Shown here: one piece after another, positions 45,801 to 55,984 of the stretch
Position numbering within the stretch: the first letter of the stretch is position 1
How the letters are laid out: each line of letters starts with the position of its first letter
Assembly: GCA_004431415.1 (NCBI GenBank)
Contig: QPMI01000655.1
Coordinates: forward strand, 205,157 to 269,156
Origin: Cyanophora paradoxa CCMP329
Taxonomy: Eukaryota > Plantae > Glaucophyta
Length of the DNA: 64,000 nucleotides
Direction: 5' to 3'
Translations under genes and position numbers: made by a program
Notes under the pieces: model-generated
What the model saw: the letters and a program-made list of their open reading frames with translations, nothing else
What the model was told of the DNA's origin: nothing
Database searches by the model: none

Positions 45801-48800
45801 TTGTGGAAGACCCTTCAAACCCAATACCAAGAGATGATAATAAACTACTCATCAAGACTCAGGAACTACAAGTAACAGGGATGAACTTAGCAACCACCAA
45901 TGGTGTAGCAGCATTACTTACAGAATTCACAACCTCGAATGTAGTAGACGGATGGTTAAATAAATACACCACTTCTAATGTTGTGGAGGGTTGGATAGCA
46001 GATTCAGAAGCGTTGTTAGAGAACTACTTACCATTAACAGGTGGAACAATCACAGGAAATCTTAACGTGAGCAATCAAGGAAACACTGACAGCAAACTCA
46101 AAATATATGAGAACACTTTCAAATTGGATTATTTGGATGTCTCGACGTTTAATGTCCTTTCAGTTCTTAATGTTTTCGTTTGGGTCAGAGCAAGGGACAA
46201 CATGAAAGATGGAACGATAGTGAGTGGACTTGGAAACGGAGCAGGAGACGTTTGGTTTGATAATAACCCTGAGACACCGAATTTTCTTCTTGGGTTTGGT
46301 AATGTTGCTGGGAACTCGACGCAAATTAAGAATAATGGAGGTCCTAACAACAAACCTTATTTTAATTCGTATCCTACCATTAACTTCAACTTTTCAGCCT
46401 ATAATACGTGGGGGGCTGAGTGTGAACTTTTCATGAGCCAAACTTCACAGCAACATTTAACTGTGTTTTTCGTCGCGAAATTCACAGATACAGCACCTCC
46501 AAATGTAGAGAACGTTTTATCTTTGAGATATGGAACCACAAATTGGAGCATCAATAAATGGAACAATGGTGCGACTTGTTATATTCAGGTTTCTAATGGG
46601 GTTGGAGCAGCAGGATTAGGTGAAAGCACTTCACCAAGTAACGCAAAAGCAGAAATTACATACTCCGAAATGACGACATGGACACTCTACGAAGTAACAG
46701 TCTCTCCTTCCACTGTTACATTTGGGATCAATGGTAGCAATAGAAGTGTTGCAAATGTTACAAACATGTTCCCCAATAACCTTGTTACTGAAAGTCGTAT
46801 TGGCTCTTCAACCTCCAAACAAGATTTAGCAGAGCTAATAGTGATTATTAAACCAACAACAGAAATCGTCAAAAATAACGTGCGAAGTTATCTCCTTCAA
46901 AAATACGGTTATCCTGAGCCATTAGACAATCCTTTCTCCAGTGACCCTAACAAACTTCTTCTACAAACAAACAGCCTGAGAGTTACAGGAAGTCTTATAG
47001 CCAACAACCTCCAATATACAGCACCAGCACCAGGAGGTGGTTTTATTATCAAAGATTTCCAAACAAGTTCAAGCCTTCAAGAGGCAGAAATAACTGCCAT
47101 CAATGCCCAGATTACACAGATACAAGAAAGCATAGACAGTATCAATACCAATATAGAACCTTTAACCACTTCCAATGTAGTTCACGAATGGGTAGCTCCA
47201 CTGACTGCTTCCAATGTAGTTCAGGAATGGATAGCCCCATTGACTGCTTCCAATGTAGTTCACGAATGGGTAGCTCCACTGACTGCTTCCAATGTAGTTC
47301 AGGAATGGATAGCCCATTGACTGCTTCCAATGTAGTTCAAGAGTGGATAGCCCCACTGACTGCTTCCAATGTAGTTCAGGAATGGATAGCCCCATTGACT
47401 GCTTCCAATGTAGTTCACGAATGGGTAGCTCCACTGACTGCTTCCAATGTAGTTCAGGAATGGATAGCCCATTGACTGCTTCCAATGTAGTTCAAGAGTG
47501 GATAGCCCCACTGACTGCTTCCAATATAGTTCAAGAGTGGTTAGTTCCCAAGGCTGATACAGAAACCGTAAATTCCCAAATAGCCCTGCTGACGTCTTCC
47601 AACACAGTTCAGGGCTGGTTAATCCCAAGGCTGATACAGCAGCTGTAAATTCCCAAATAGCCCTGCTGACATCCTCCAACACAGTTCAAGCTTGGTTAGC
47701 CCCAAAGGCTGAGACTGCCTTTGTTAACTCCCAAATAGCCCTGTTGACCTCTTCCAACACAGTTCAGGGCTGGTTAGCTCCCAAGGCTGATACGGCTACA
47801 GTCAATACCCAAATATCTCCACTCACATCCTCAAATATAGTTCAGAGCTGGTTGAGTGACTATTTGCCCAAATCAGGAGGGACTATCACATCCAATCTTT
47901 CTGTTTCGGGCAGCCTTTACACAAATAACATAAGAAGTGGTAGCCAATCCATAGACTTGGTTCTAATCCAAAACTTGATACCTCCCCTGGAACGCCTTTC
48001 AGCATACACAAATCCACTGTCTACACCAAACTGTGTATTCCACTGGTATCCTTTAAATGAGCCATCAGGCACAGCAATACCAGAACTTACCAATAGGGCA
48101 TCTGGGCAACCCAATGCTTTGCCTTCTTGGCTAAAAGTGTCAACTGGGGCCTTCGTGCTGAGTGCCTCTTTAATCAATGGGAATAAACTATTTGGGGTTA
48201 CAGGGGTAACAACCTATTTGGCGCAACCAAGTCCCTACATAGCAAACCCATTCAGCAATGGGATGACAATGTTCTCTGTGAGAAGGAACTATTCAACCTC
48301 TGCCAGTCCTTCAGCTCATCTAAACATTTACAGTGACCCTACATCAAGTAGAAATATAAGATTCGGAACCACAGGAGAAACATCTATTGGAATAACGAGT
48401 TATCAAACAAATGGAGTGTATCAAGCAACTTCCACAGCATCCACAGCCACGAGCTTTTACAACAATTGGACTTTGTTTGACTATCATGTCACTTCAACCG
48501 TAACCACAGTAGGCATCAATAGTGTTGATTTATCCCCCACATTATCTGGCAACTACAATTTAAGTGAAGTGGCAAATCTCACAATCCAAAAGATTGGGAT
48601 AGAAAGCTTCCAAGGACAAATGGCAGAAATAATCATTTACAATCGGGCTCTATCAGCTGATGAGAAGGGCTTTATCCGCTACTATCTATCACAAAAGTAT
48701 GGTCTGAGCAACCCAATTCCCCAAATCAGCCCAGCCTACTCCTCAAATGAGTTCCTACAGGTGTCCACCCCCAATCTTATACTTAATAAGCTGACTGTGA

Positions 48801-50251
48801 ATAGCAATGTAGCCTTGCCAAATATCCCCACATCAAACACTGTTCAAAACTGGCTTCAACCTTACACCACTTCAAATGTCGTTCAAGCATTGATAGCTGA
48901 AAAAATTAATCCACAACTTGTTACTTCAAATGTTACAAGGGACTGGCTCAGCAGCTATCTGCCCCGAACGGGAGGTACAATAACATCAAACCTTGTAGTT
49001 TCAAGCAACCTTTACACTCCTTCAATCATAAATGGTGACCAGTCCATCAAGTTCTATCCAATTTCTACATCGCCACCAATTGACCAGCTCCTTTCATATA
49101 CTAATCCACTTTTCACATCCAATTGTGTGTTCCACTGGTACCCAAATTCAACTGATGTCAATGGCTCGTTGTTAGAAACAATGGTCAACAGAGCAGAAGG
49201 GCTCCCACTTGCCTTACCAAACATGAGCCCTGGGTTCACTTTATCCAAGAACTCAATAAGCAGTGGGACAGCATTGAATGGAAATAAATACATGGTCAGC
49301 ACAAGTAGTTCTTCTGGATATCGGCATCAGTACACCACAGCATTATCAAACATTTTTGCCAGTGGCATGACTGTATTTTCAGTGAGAAAGCACACTGCCA
49401 CAGGTAACCAATCACATTTTGTAGTTACCAATGATGACACAAGTGACCCTACATACGGGAGATATATCACACTGGGAGCAGTTAATGGAAATTCCCTTGG
49501 TATTATCACTTCCACATTAACACAAGTCTCAACAACAAGCTTCTTGAATTCTTGGGGGTTGTTCGACTTTCAATTAACCCCTACAACACTAACTATGGGG
49601 TTGAATGGCGCAGATGTATCTCCCTCAATTACTGGAAGCTTCCTGTGGTCAAACACGCCAACCATAAAAATAAAGGAACTCTCATTCACTTCCTATGTAG
49701 GAGAGATAGCCGAAGTTGTAATTTTTAATCGGGCTTTATCTCCAACTGAAAAGAGTTTCATGAGATATTACTTTAAGCTCAAATTTGGGCTTGACTTTCC
49801 ATACACTTATCCCGAAACATACACTCAGCTCTCAGCAAATCTTTTGGTAGACAAGCTCAGTGTGAACACCAATGTTTACGCAAGGTCTTTCTATGAGGTG
49901 GCCACTGGAACTACAAATAGTCTAAGTAAAATCCTGACATGGAATGAAATCAGGCAAAGATTTCTATCTGGGACTTTCCAGATGAGTATAGGACCCCTCA
50001 ACGCCAATAGCCGTGGAGAAGCCACTTATATTTTAAATTGGAACCCAGCATTCAACACGAAACCACCTGTCATTAGTTTAGTAATGGAAGGAACCCCTGT
50101 GACAACCCAAGCGCTTGGCTATAAGTTTGGATTATCGAATTCAAGTTCTACCTCGTCCACAGTTCATGTTACCTTGCTAACTGATGCGACTGCTACAGCA
50201 AATACGACATATACCTTCACAATTCACTGGACAGCATATGGAATTCCGTGA
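42854..50251 (+). CDS. Giant fibre/adhesin protein (~2460 aa; frameshifts in the repeat region 47.3-47.7 kb)
   Basis: ORFs 42854-47320 and 47744-50251 are joined by TSN repeats; HxHDWxEIxxKPxxFPP repeats, four YLPxxGGTIT motifs, four LamG-like domains ending in an EIIIYNRALS..YL..KYG-type motif. Confidence 0.8.
43979..44235 (+). repeat. Coding 57-bp repeat (DWDEIENKPDRFPPEDHRH), ~4.5 copies
   Basis: Seen in DNA and in translation. Confidence 0.85.
47159..47855 (+). repeat. Coding tandem repeats: ten 39-bp units (PLTASNVVQEWIA) then ~four 78-bp units (PKADT..VNSQIALLTSSNTVQGWL)
   Basis: Read directly; two 39-bp units lack one C. Confidence 0.9.
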
Positions 50252-50290
50252 TGAAGCTTTATTTTTCTATCCTTCTTAATAAAAGAAGTA

Positions 50291-51136
50291 ATGGGCGAAT
50301 ATAATCGAGTCCAATTACCAGTTTACGCATTGGGGAGTCCAGCAATTCATTTTAGACAACATGAAGTGTCTGATGAAGTTCGTGGAATGGAATCAACAGA
50401 ACGGGCAAATTCAGGTAATGCTTTTGACAAGAATAGTATGATTCGTGTAAAAGAACTGAGAGCTGATAAAAATTCGGGAGTGGTGAAAACAACTCAACTA
50501 CTTGTAACAAATGCGAATTTTCAATCAGCAAATGGACAACCTGATGCGTATGGTGTAGATATCAAAGCATTTGAATTTGACAATACAAGGGCTGCTGCTG
50601 TTATAAGATCAGGAGGAGCAATAATTGGTGGTGGCTGTAGAGTATCGGGAATGCTTGGCTCTTCTGCTGCCTTTAATGATTTTCCGGACACTTTACCTGA
50701 ACATGCTGATAATCCCCAAAGAATTCGCATGTTTCTTCCATGCGGGGATTCCCCGTATGCTTTTGGTATCATTAGAGCTAATGTAAATACGCAAAATGCC
50801 ACTCAACCCCAAGGTATTGCCGGACCATGGAAATTGGCTAATCAGCTTCTACCAAAGGCAATGTATTCTATATGTCGCTCTCAGAATGGAGGATTAGAAG
50901 GTTATACTTTCTTTGTTCAAGCAGTAGGCCATGGTGGGCGTGGATGGATCACAAGAAATCCTGCTACACAACCAAACAGTTTCGATTTTTGGGCATCAGA
51001 GGTAGGGGGTTATGATATTTTAATTTTTGGATATCGTAATGATGAAGCAGCATGGGCTGTTGCCAACTGTATAAATCCTGATTCGCAAGTATCGAATTTC
51101 TATAATGAACCATTCCCAAATGATCCCATTCCGTAA
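50291..51136 (+). CDS. Hypothetical virion/fibre-associated protein A (281 aa)
   Basis: Paralog of 51156-52001: ESTE, ELR.DKN.GVVKTT.LLVTNANF, RSGGA.IG.G.RV.G. Confidence 0.75.
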   Translation: MGEYNRVQLPVYALGSPAIHFRQHEVSDEVRGMESTERANSGNAFDKNSMIRVKELRADKNSGVVKTTQLLVTNANFQSANGQPDAYGVDIKAFEFDNTRAAAVIRSGGAIIGGGCRVSGMLGSSAAFNDFPDTLPEHADNPQRIRMFLPCGDSPYAFGIIRANVNTQNATQPQGIAGPWKLANQLLPKAMYSICRSQNGGLEGYTFFVQAVGHGGRGWITRNPATQPNSFDFWASEVGGYDILIFGYRNDEAAWAVANCINPDSQVSNFYNEPFPNDPIP

Positions 51137-51155
51137 TTATGTTTCAGTATATTAA

Positions 51156-52001
51156 ATGGCAGCACCAGCACCACCAGAGCGCATTTTAACAGCGCAACTA
51201 TCATTAGCTGCTCCAGCTAACCACGTCTTACAGCATGCTATTATTGATAATATTGATGGTCTCGAATCCACAGAGATAGCCCCAACCCTAAATACTTTTG
51301 GGGACACTCACATGCTAAGACTAAGAGAATTGAGATGTGACAAAAATAATGGGGTCGTTAAAACTACTAAACTTCTTGTAACAAATGCGAATTTCAACGC
51401 ATTTCATGGGGATCCTGATAGTTACAATGATGATAACAAGGTAACCAATTTTGCCTACGAAGCAAGAAGGGGAGCAATTAAATGTAGGTCAGGAGGTGCC
51501 TATATTGGAGATGGTTTAAGGGTTGGTGGAATTATTGGAGCGCCTTTATTAGTAAATGATCAACCCAATCCAGATGATGTGAATACAAGAATCAGGACAT
51601 ATGTCCCGGGAATGAATGAGCCTTACATTATCAAAATCAACACAATCATTATCAACCTTCAGACTGCTGTCATTGATGTTATAGAGCCTTTGGGAAATCA
51701 CTATAGATATACTGAGACGTTGCCTGCTGATATTTACGCATTATGTAGAAGAACAGATGGAGCAAGACCCCGAATTACTGTCCAAGTAGTCCCAGTAGAT
51801 AATTTCGGACTTGCTTTCCATTCACTGCCACTTCTTGACACACAAGATGACCAATATATTATAAGAGCTACCCAGCAAGGGGCTTACACAGTGATTATGT
51901 ATGCTGAAAGGAATGATGAAATTGCCAGAGGAAATAGATTTGGTCAATATCTAACCACAAATTTATACAATCCCATTGGAGGAAGTGATCCTTTGCCTTA
52001 A
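51156..52001 (+). CDS. Hypothetical virion/fibre-associated protein B (281 aa)
   Basis: Tandem paralog of 50291-51136. Confidence 0.75.
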   Translation: MAAPAPPERILTAQLSLAAPANHVLQHAIIDNIDGLESTEIAPTLNTFGDTHMLRLRELRCDKNNGVVKTTKLLVTNANFNAFHGDPDSYNDDNKVTNFAYEARRGAIKCRSGGAYIGDGLRVGGIIGAPLLVNDQPNPDDVNTRIRTYVPGMNEPYIIKINTIIINLQTAVIDVIEPLGNHYRYTETLPADIYALCRRTDGARPRITVQVVPVDNFGLAFHSLPLLDTQDDQYIIRATQQGAYTVIMYAERNDEIARGNRFGQYLTTNLYNPIGGSDPLP

Positions 52002-52046
52002 ATCTCCAGCAATCTTATTGTTTTTTCTATTCTATTGGTAATCAAA

Positions 52047-52445
52047 ATGCTTGCCAAAGGTTACCATGTGATGCTTGATTTCCAATTCAGCCAACCAATT
52101 AGAGACCATGTGGAGCTCTCTAAATGGCTCATGAATGTCAGTGAAGACATCATCAAGAAATATGGAATACAGGTTGTCCACAAACATGCTGAGATTTTTG
52201 ATGGCACCAAATCACCCCCTGGATTTGCCCAAGTATTATTATTAGATGAAAGCCATTGCTCTGCTCATTGCTACAGTGATCAAGGCATGTTGGCAATAGA
52301 TATATTCAGCTGTGGAAAACAGGCAGAAAGGAATACAAGTTTAATTGCTTTTGAGCTGGAGGAGGAGATAAACAAATATGCTGTTGGATTTGGGGCAGTA
52401 ATTAAAAAGAGATTACACCATGAGAAGAGGAGATTTGAGGTTTAA
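52047..52445 (+). CDS. speD: Prokaryotic-type pyruvoyl S-adenosylmethionine decarboxylase proenzyme
   Basis: GYHVMLDF..., PPGFAQVLLLDESHCSAHCY..GMLAIDIFSCG, with the E|SH self-cleavage site and terminal CG motif. Confidence 0.85.
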   Translation: MLAKGYHVMLDFQFSQPIRDHVELSKWLMNVSEDIIKKYGIQVVHKHAEIFDGTKSPPGFAQVLLLDESHCSAHCYSDQGMLAIDIFSCGKQAERNTSLIAFELEEEINKYAVGFGAVIKKRLHHEKRRFEV

Positions 52446-52466
52446 GAGAGGGGCAGGAGAGGCAAG

Positions 52467-52756
52467 AGAGGCAGGAGAGGCAGGAGGGTTATATGTAAAA
52501 TCCCACACAAGAGGGGATTCCTTAGAAGTTTACAAATAACCCTCCTGCCTCTCCTGCCTAATTGGTGCCGAATCCAAGCTTCTAATACCCCAGAGGCGGC
52601 CAACATACTGGTGCCAAAAAGACATGATTAATACCCTAAGACCTGAAATAAATGCTTACTACCCTAGTACCTGAAACGCGCACACATAGGGATACCCCTG
52701 ATCCAAGCCTGTAGGCCGAAGGCCGGAGGGCTTGGATCAGGGGTATCCCTATGTGT
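52467..52756 (-). repeat. Right terminal inverted repeat (~290 bp)
   Basis: Reverse complement of 22957-23248; termini 5'-ACAC...GTGT-3'. Confidence 0.95.
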
Positions 52757-52762
52757 TACCCC
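52757..52762 (+). repeat. Right target-site duplication TACCCC
   Basis: ...ccctatgtgt|tacccc; matches 22951-22956. Confidence 0.9.
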
Positions 52763-52815
52763 CCTCGCTGTCGATGCCCCTGTTTCGTTAACGCACTGAT
52801 CACCCCTCTCTCTAG

Positions 52816-53414
52816 TTCCTGGGCATTGTGTACTGGTACTACGACTCGAACAAGGAGGCGTGCGAGGAGGGCCGGAACATGCTGGTGGACATCGCTCAGG
52901 TCGGACCGATCTGAGGTCCAGATTGGATCTGCGGTCTGACGGGTACGAAGATCTCTCGGACCGTTGCGGAGGACACGGCTGTGCGGGCGGGGAGGCCCTG
53001 GCTTTGGGGCGCGAGGGGCCACGTCCAAGCAGGCGCGTACGGTCGCGATCGCGTTTCCGGACTGTACCCCCCTCGGCTGACTGGCGAACAGGTAGCAGAT
53101 GTGCTGAAGGGGCTGGCAGAAAGGCGGGGCCCCGAGGGCTGCACCAGCGGCGGGGAGCTGGCGGGGTATGCGGCTCCCGAATCCGCCTCCTGCCAAGAGT
53201 TGACTGTATCCCTGTACCCCGCAGGGCCCTGAAGGATCGGTACCCCCACCTCACGGAGGAGAGGGCGCAGCGGTGGGCGGAGCGCGTTGCGGAGCGCGCG
53301 AGGTCGGAGCTGTCGGACGTGGATGAGGATCCGGAGGAGGGCGAATTCGAAGGGAGGACGCCATCGGCGGGCGATCGCGAGGGCAGCTCGCGGGTTCGTC
53401 GACGTCCCCAATGA
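52816..53414 (+). CDS. Polycystin-2-like channel, 3' exons after the provirus
   Basis: After the acceptor ...ctctctag (52815) the frame reads FLGIVYWYYDSNKE, completing LVNL-FLGIV (cf. the PKD2 S6 LLNMFLAII pattern); later exons end at the stop near 53414. Confidence 0.6.
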
Positions 53415-54124
53415 AGAAGCGCGGCATTCATTCACGTATCCGCGATGGGCTCACAGCACCCTTTTCTTTCAAGTTTCTCTCAGGGAAAGAAGGCGGCGGA
53501 GGCGCCGGGCGTAGAGGCGAGTCTCTTCCTTGCAGTGCCTGCTCATGATCAGGTCCTCGAGCCTTCTGCTGATGCGCGCCCCAGGAGCGGCTGAAGGGGA
53601 TGGAGCAGACGCTGGCGGAGGGGCGCGAGCGGATGCAGCGCATCGAGGCGCTCCTCGCCTCCCTCCTCGCAGCCTCTGGGGGCGGGGGCGGGGGCGGCCG
53701 CCGGGCCCCCGTCGCCGCGAGGTAGATTCACCGCCTCTTCAAGGCTTGCCCAGTTTGCAGTTGGCAAGCCAGCCGCTGAGCGTGGCTGCGTACGCATCGA
53801 TCTTGATCTCGAAGGGGCCGCCGCAGCCGTCCGTCGGCACCCGGCCCCATGCCACATGCACATGCATGATTGCCCTGCGGGAATGCACGCACGGCACCAC
53901 GTGCACGAGGCTGCCACGAGCCCCCGGCCCCGCGCCGCAGTTGCAGTGCCGCACATGCGCCCCGCAGCATGCGAAGCGGCCGCATGTCCCCCGCAGAGCG
54001 ACATTCCGCAACGACTGTTGAATCGTACATGTTTAAGGCCGGAAGACGATTAGGTTCCTATCACGTAAACCGAGCTAGATTAATTGGCATCTCTAGATCT
54101 AGACCTCACGCTGGAATAGAAACA

Positions 54125-55950
54125 TTAAGAGGAGAGCGCCGGAGGGGCGGCGTCGGTGGCGGGAGAGGAGGTCGCGGCGGCGGGGGCGGGGGCGGGGGCG
54201 GGCTGCAGGCGGCTCCTGTTGAGCTTAACGGGGCCGGATCGCTTGGGCATCTTCACCTGCATCTTGACCTGCCGGCGGCCGCGTGAGCGCCGGCGGGGGT
54301 CGGGGCGCGAGGGGAGGCGCGGCGCACCTCGATGGACTGGCCGTTGCGGGTGACGGTGATCGTCTTCGTCACGAGCCCGTCCGCGTCGGGGGCGCTCTCC
54401 TTCGGGGCGGGCGAGGAGGTGGATGGCGACGGGGCGGGGGCGGGGAGGTGGATGCAGGGGGGCGATGGGCGCGGAGGCGGCAGCGACGGAGGCGCTCGCG
54501 GTCTCGGCGAGGGCCGCCCGTGCCGCTGCGGGCGCAGGCCCAGCAGGGGCCGAAGCGGGGCCGAGGCGCTTGGGCAAGGTCCCGAGGGAGGTGCAAGGTC
54601 GGCATCCGAGGGCACGGGGCGGAGGGAGGCGGCGGGGGTGGGGGCGGCGGGGGCAGGTTCGGTGGGCGGCGGCGTCGCGGAGCGGGCGGAGGGGGGCGGA
54701 GAGGACGACTCGCTCGCGATGCTGGGGGCGTGCGCGGGCGGCGGCGACGCGAGGAGCGGCTGCGACTCTGCGGCGTCGGAGGACGATGTGGACGGGGCAG
54801 GCGCAGACGTCGGAGGACGGGGCAGCTGAACTGCGACTTCGTGGTGCCCGCGGCGAGAGCCGAGCGCTGCGCGGCCACCGGCCTTGGAGGAGACGCGCAC
54901 AGAGAGGCCGTTCCCGAGGGCGACGGCGCGGGCTTCGGCCGCCGGTCGGGTAGCGGGAGCGCACGCGGGTGCGGTGGGCGGTTGCGCGGCTAGAAATTCT
55001 GCAGGTGAAGGAGACGGCGCCTTTTCTTCGGACGACGAGCTCGAGGAACTGACGCGTTCAGGCGCGGAGAGAGAGTCGGAGTCAGAGAACCGGACGCGCT
55101 TTGTCTCCTTCCTTTCCGTGGCTGCTCGACAATTAGCTAAAGGAAAAGACAAAACGCAGGATGCGAACCTTCCTGAGTGTCGTTCTCGCCAGCTCGAACC
55201 GCTTCGGATGAAGGCGCTGGTACTGCGGAGGACTGTGCGCGAACCTTCTCCATCGCCTGCAGAGCACGTGCCCTGATTTCCGCCTCCAAAGATTCACCTG
55301 CGGCTTTGTGCCTCTCCTGTAGAAGAGCGAGGGCCTGGGTCCGGAGGGTATTCTCAACCTTTTCTTGTTCTGGAGGTGACAATCAGCGAGTGAAGAACGG
55401 CATTTGGAGTGATTGCCCGCACCCTCGCGCTCGACCTTCTCGCGGATTGCCTGCAGGGCCTTCCTCCGGAGCTTAAGCATCTCTATCTCTACGCGGACCG
55501 TTTGCACCACGAGAAAAAGCCGTCACGTGCACACGCAGACGCACCAGAGCTCGCGCTAGGAACCATGGGAAGCGGCGCAGGCGATACCGAAGGTGAGTCG
55601 CTGCCAGAACCAGAGTCGCGCCGGCACTGCTTCTTCAGCTTCGCGGGATCTGCCTGGTGCTTCATCGCTTCGAGAACTTCATCAACATCAAGCTCGCCGT
55701 CAGAGAAGCCCTCCTCCTGCTGCCAACTCAGACGAATGCAAACAAGGCCATGGCATTTCCAAACAGACCAGTTCTCGGCGCTTCATCTCCTCGCGTTCTC
55801 GCCGCTTCTTGTCCTGTAGAGCTCAAGGTCCCCGCCAGAGGAAGCATCCGCCTCTTTGATGCGGCTCGTCCCCTCGCGCAGCTTCTTCTGTTTTTCAAGG
55901 AAGCCATTCAGTGCCTGAGTCAACGTCTGCACGCCACCGTGATCCGCCAT
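54125..55950 (-). CDS. Host hypothetical coiled-coil/low-complexity protein (multi-exon)
   Basis: Plausible spliced exons (VRVEIEMLKLRRKALQAIREKVERE; TKTITVTRNGQSIE|VKMQVKMPK); boundaries uncertain. Confidence 0.35.
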
Positions 55951-55984
55951 GACAAAGGAGCGGAGGCATCTACCCCCACAGACA

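Larger units (their letters stand above)
22957..52756. mobile_element. Endogenous Polinton-like virus / Maverick-type provirus (~29.8 kb, apparently full length)
   Basis: Abrupt GC drop; TIRs; 6-bp TSD; intron-free genes for rve integrase, pPolB, primase-helicase, A32 ATPase, major and minor capsid proteins. Confidence 0.95.

Noticed and set aside
47159-47546. 39-bp repeats as CRISPR or a regulatory array
   Set aside because: No spacers; the period is a multiple of 3 and encodes PLTASNVVQEWIA within the fibre gene.
23631-47700. Calling the frameshifted viral genes pseudogenes
   Set aside because: The breaks I traced are mostly single-base losses in homopolymer runs, typical of long-read error; catalytic motifs and TIRs are intact. 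Left unresolved pending polishing.
22957-52756. Bacterial prophage or contaminant contig
   Set aside because: No terminase, portal or HK97 capsid genes; DJR capsid, A32 ATPase, TIRs and a TSD inside a host intron indicate a eukaryotic integrated virus.
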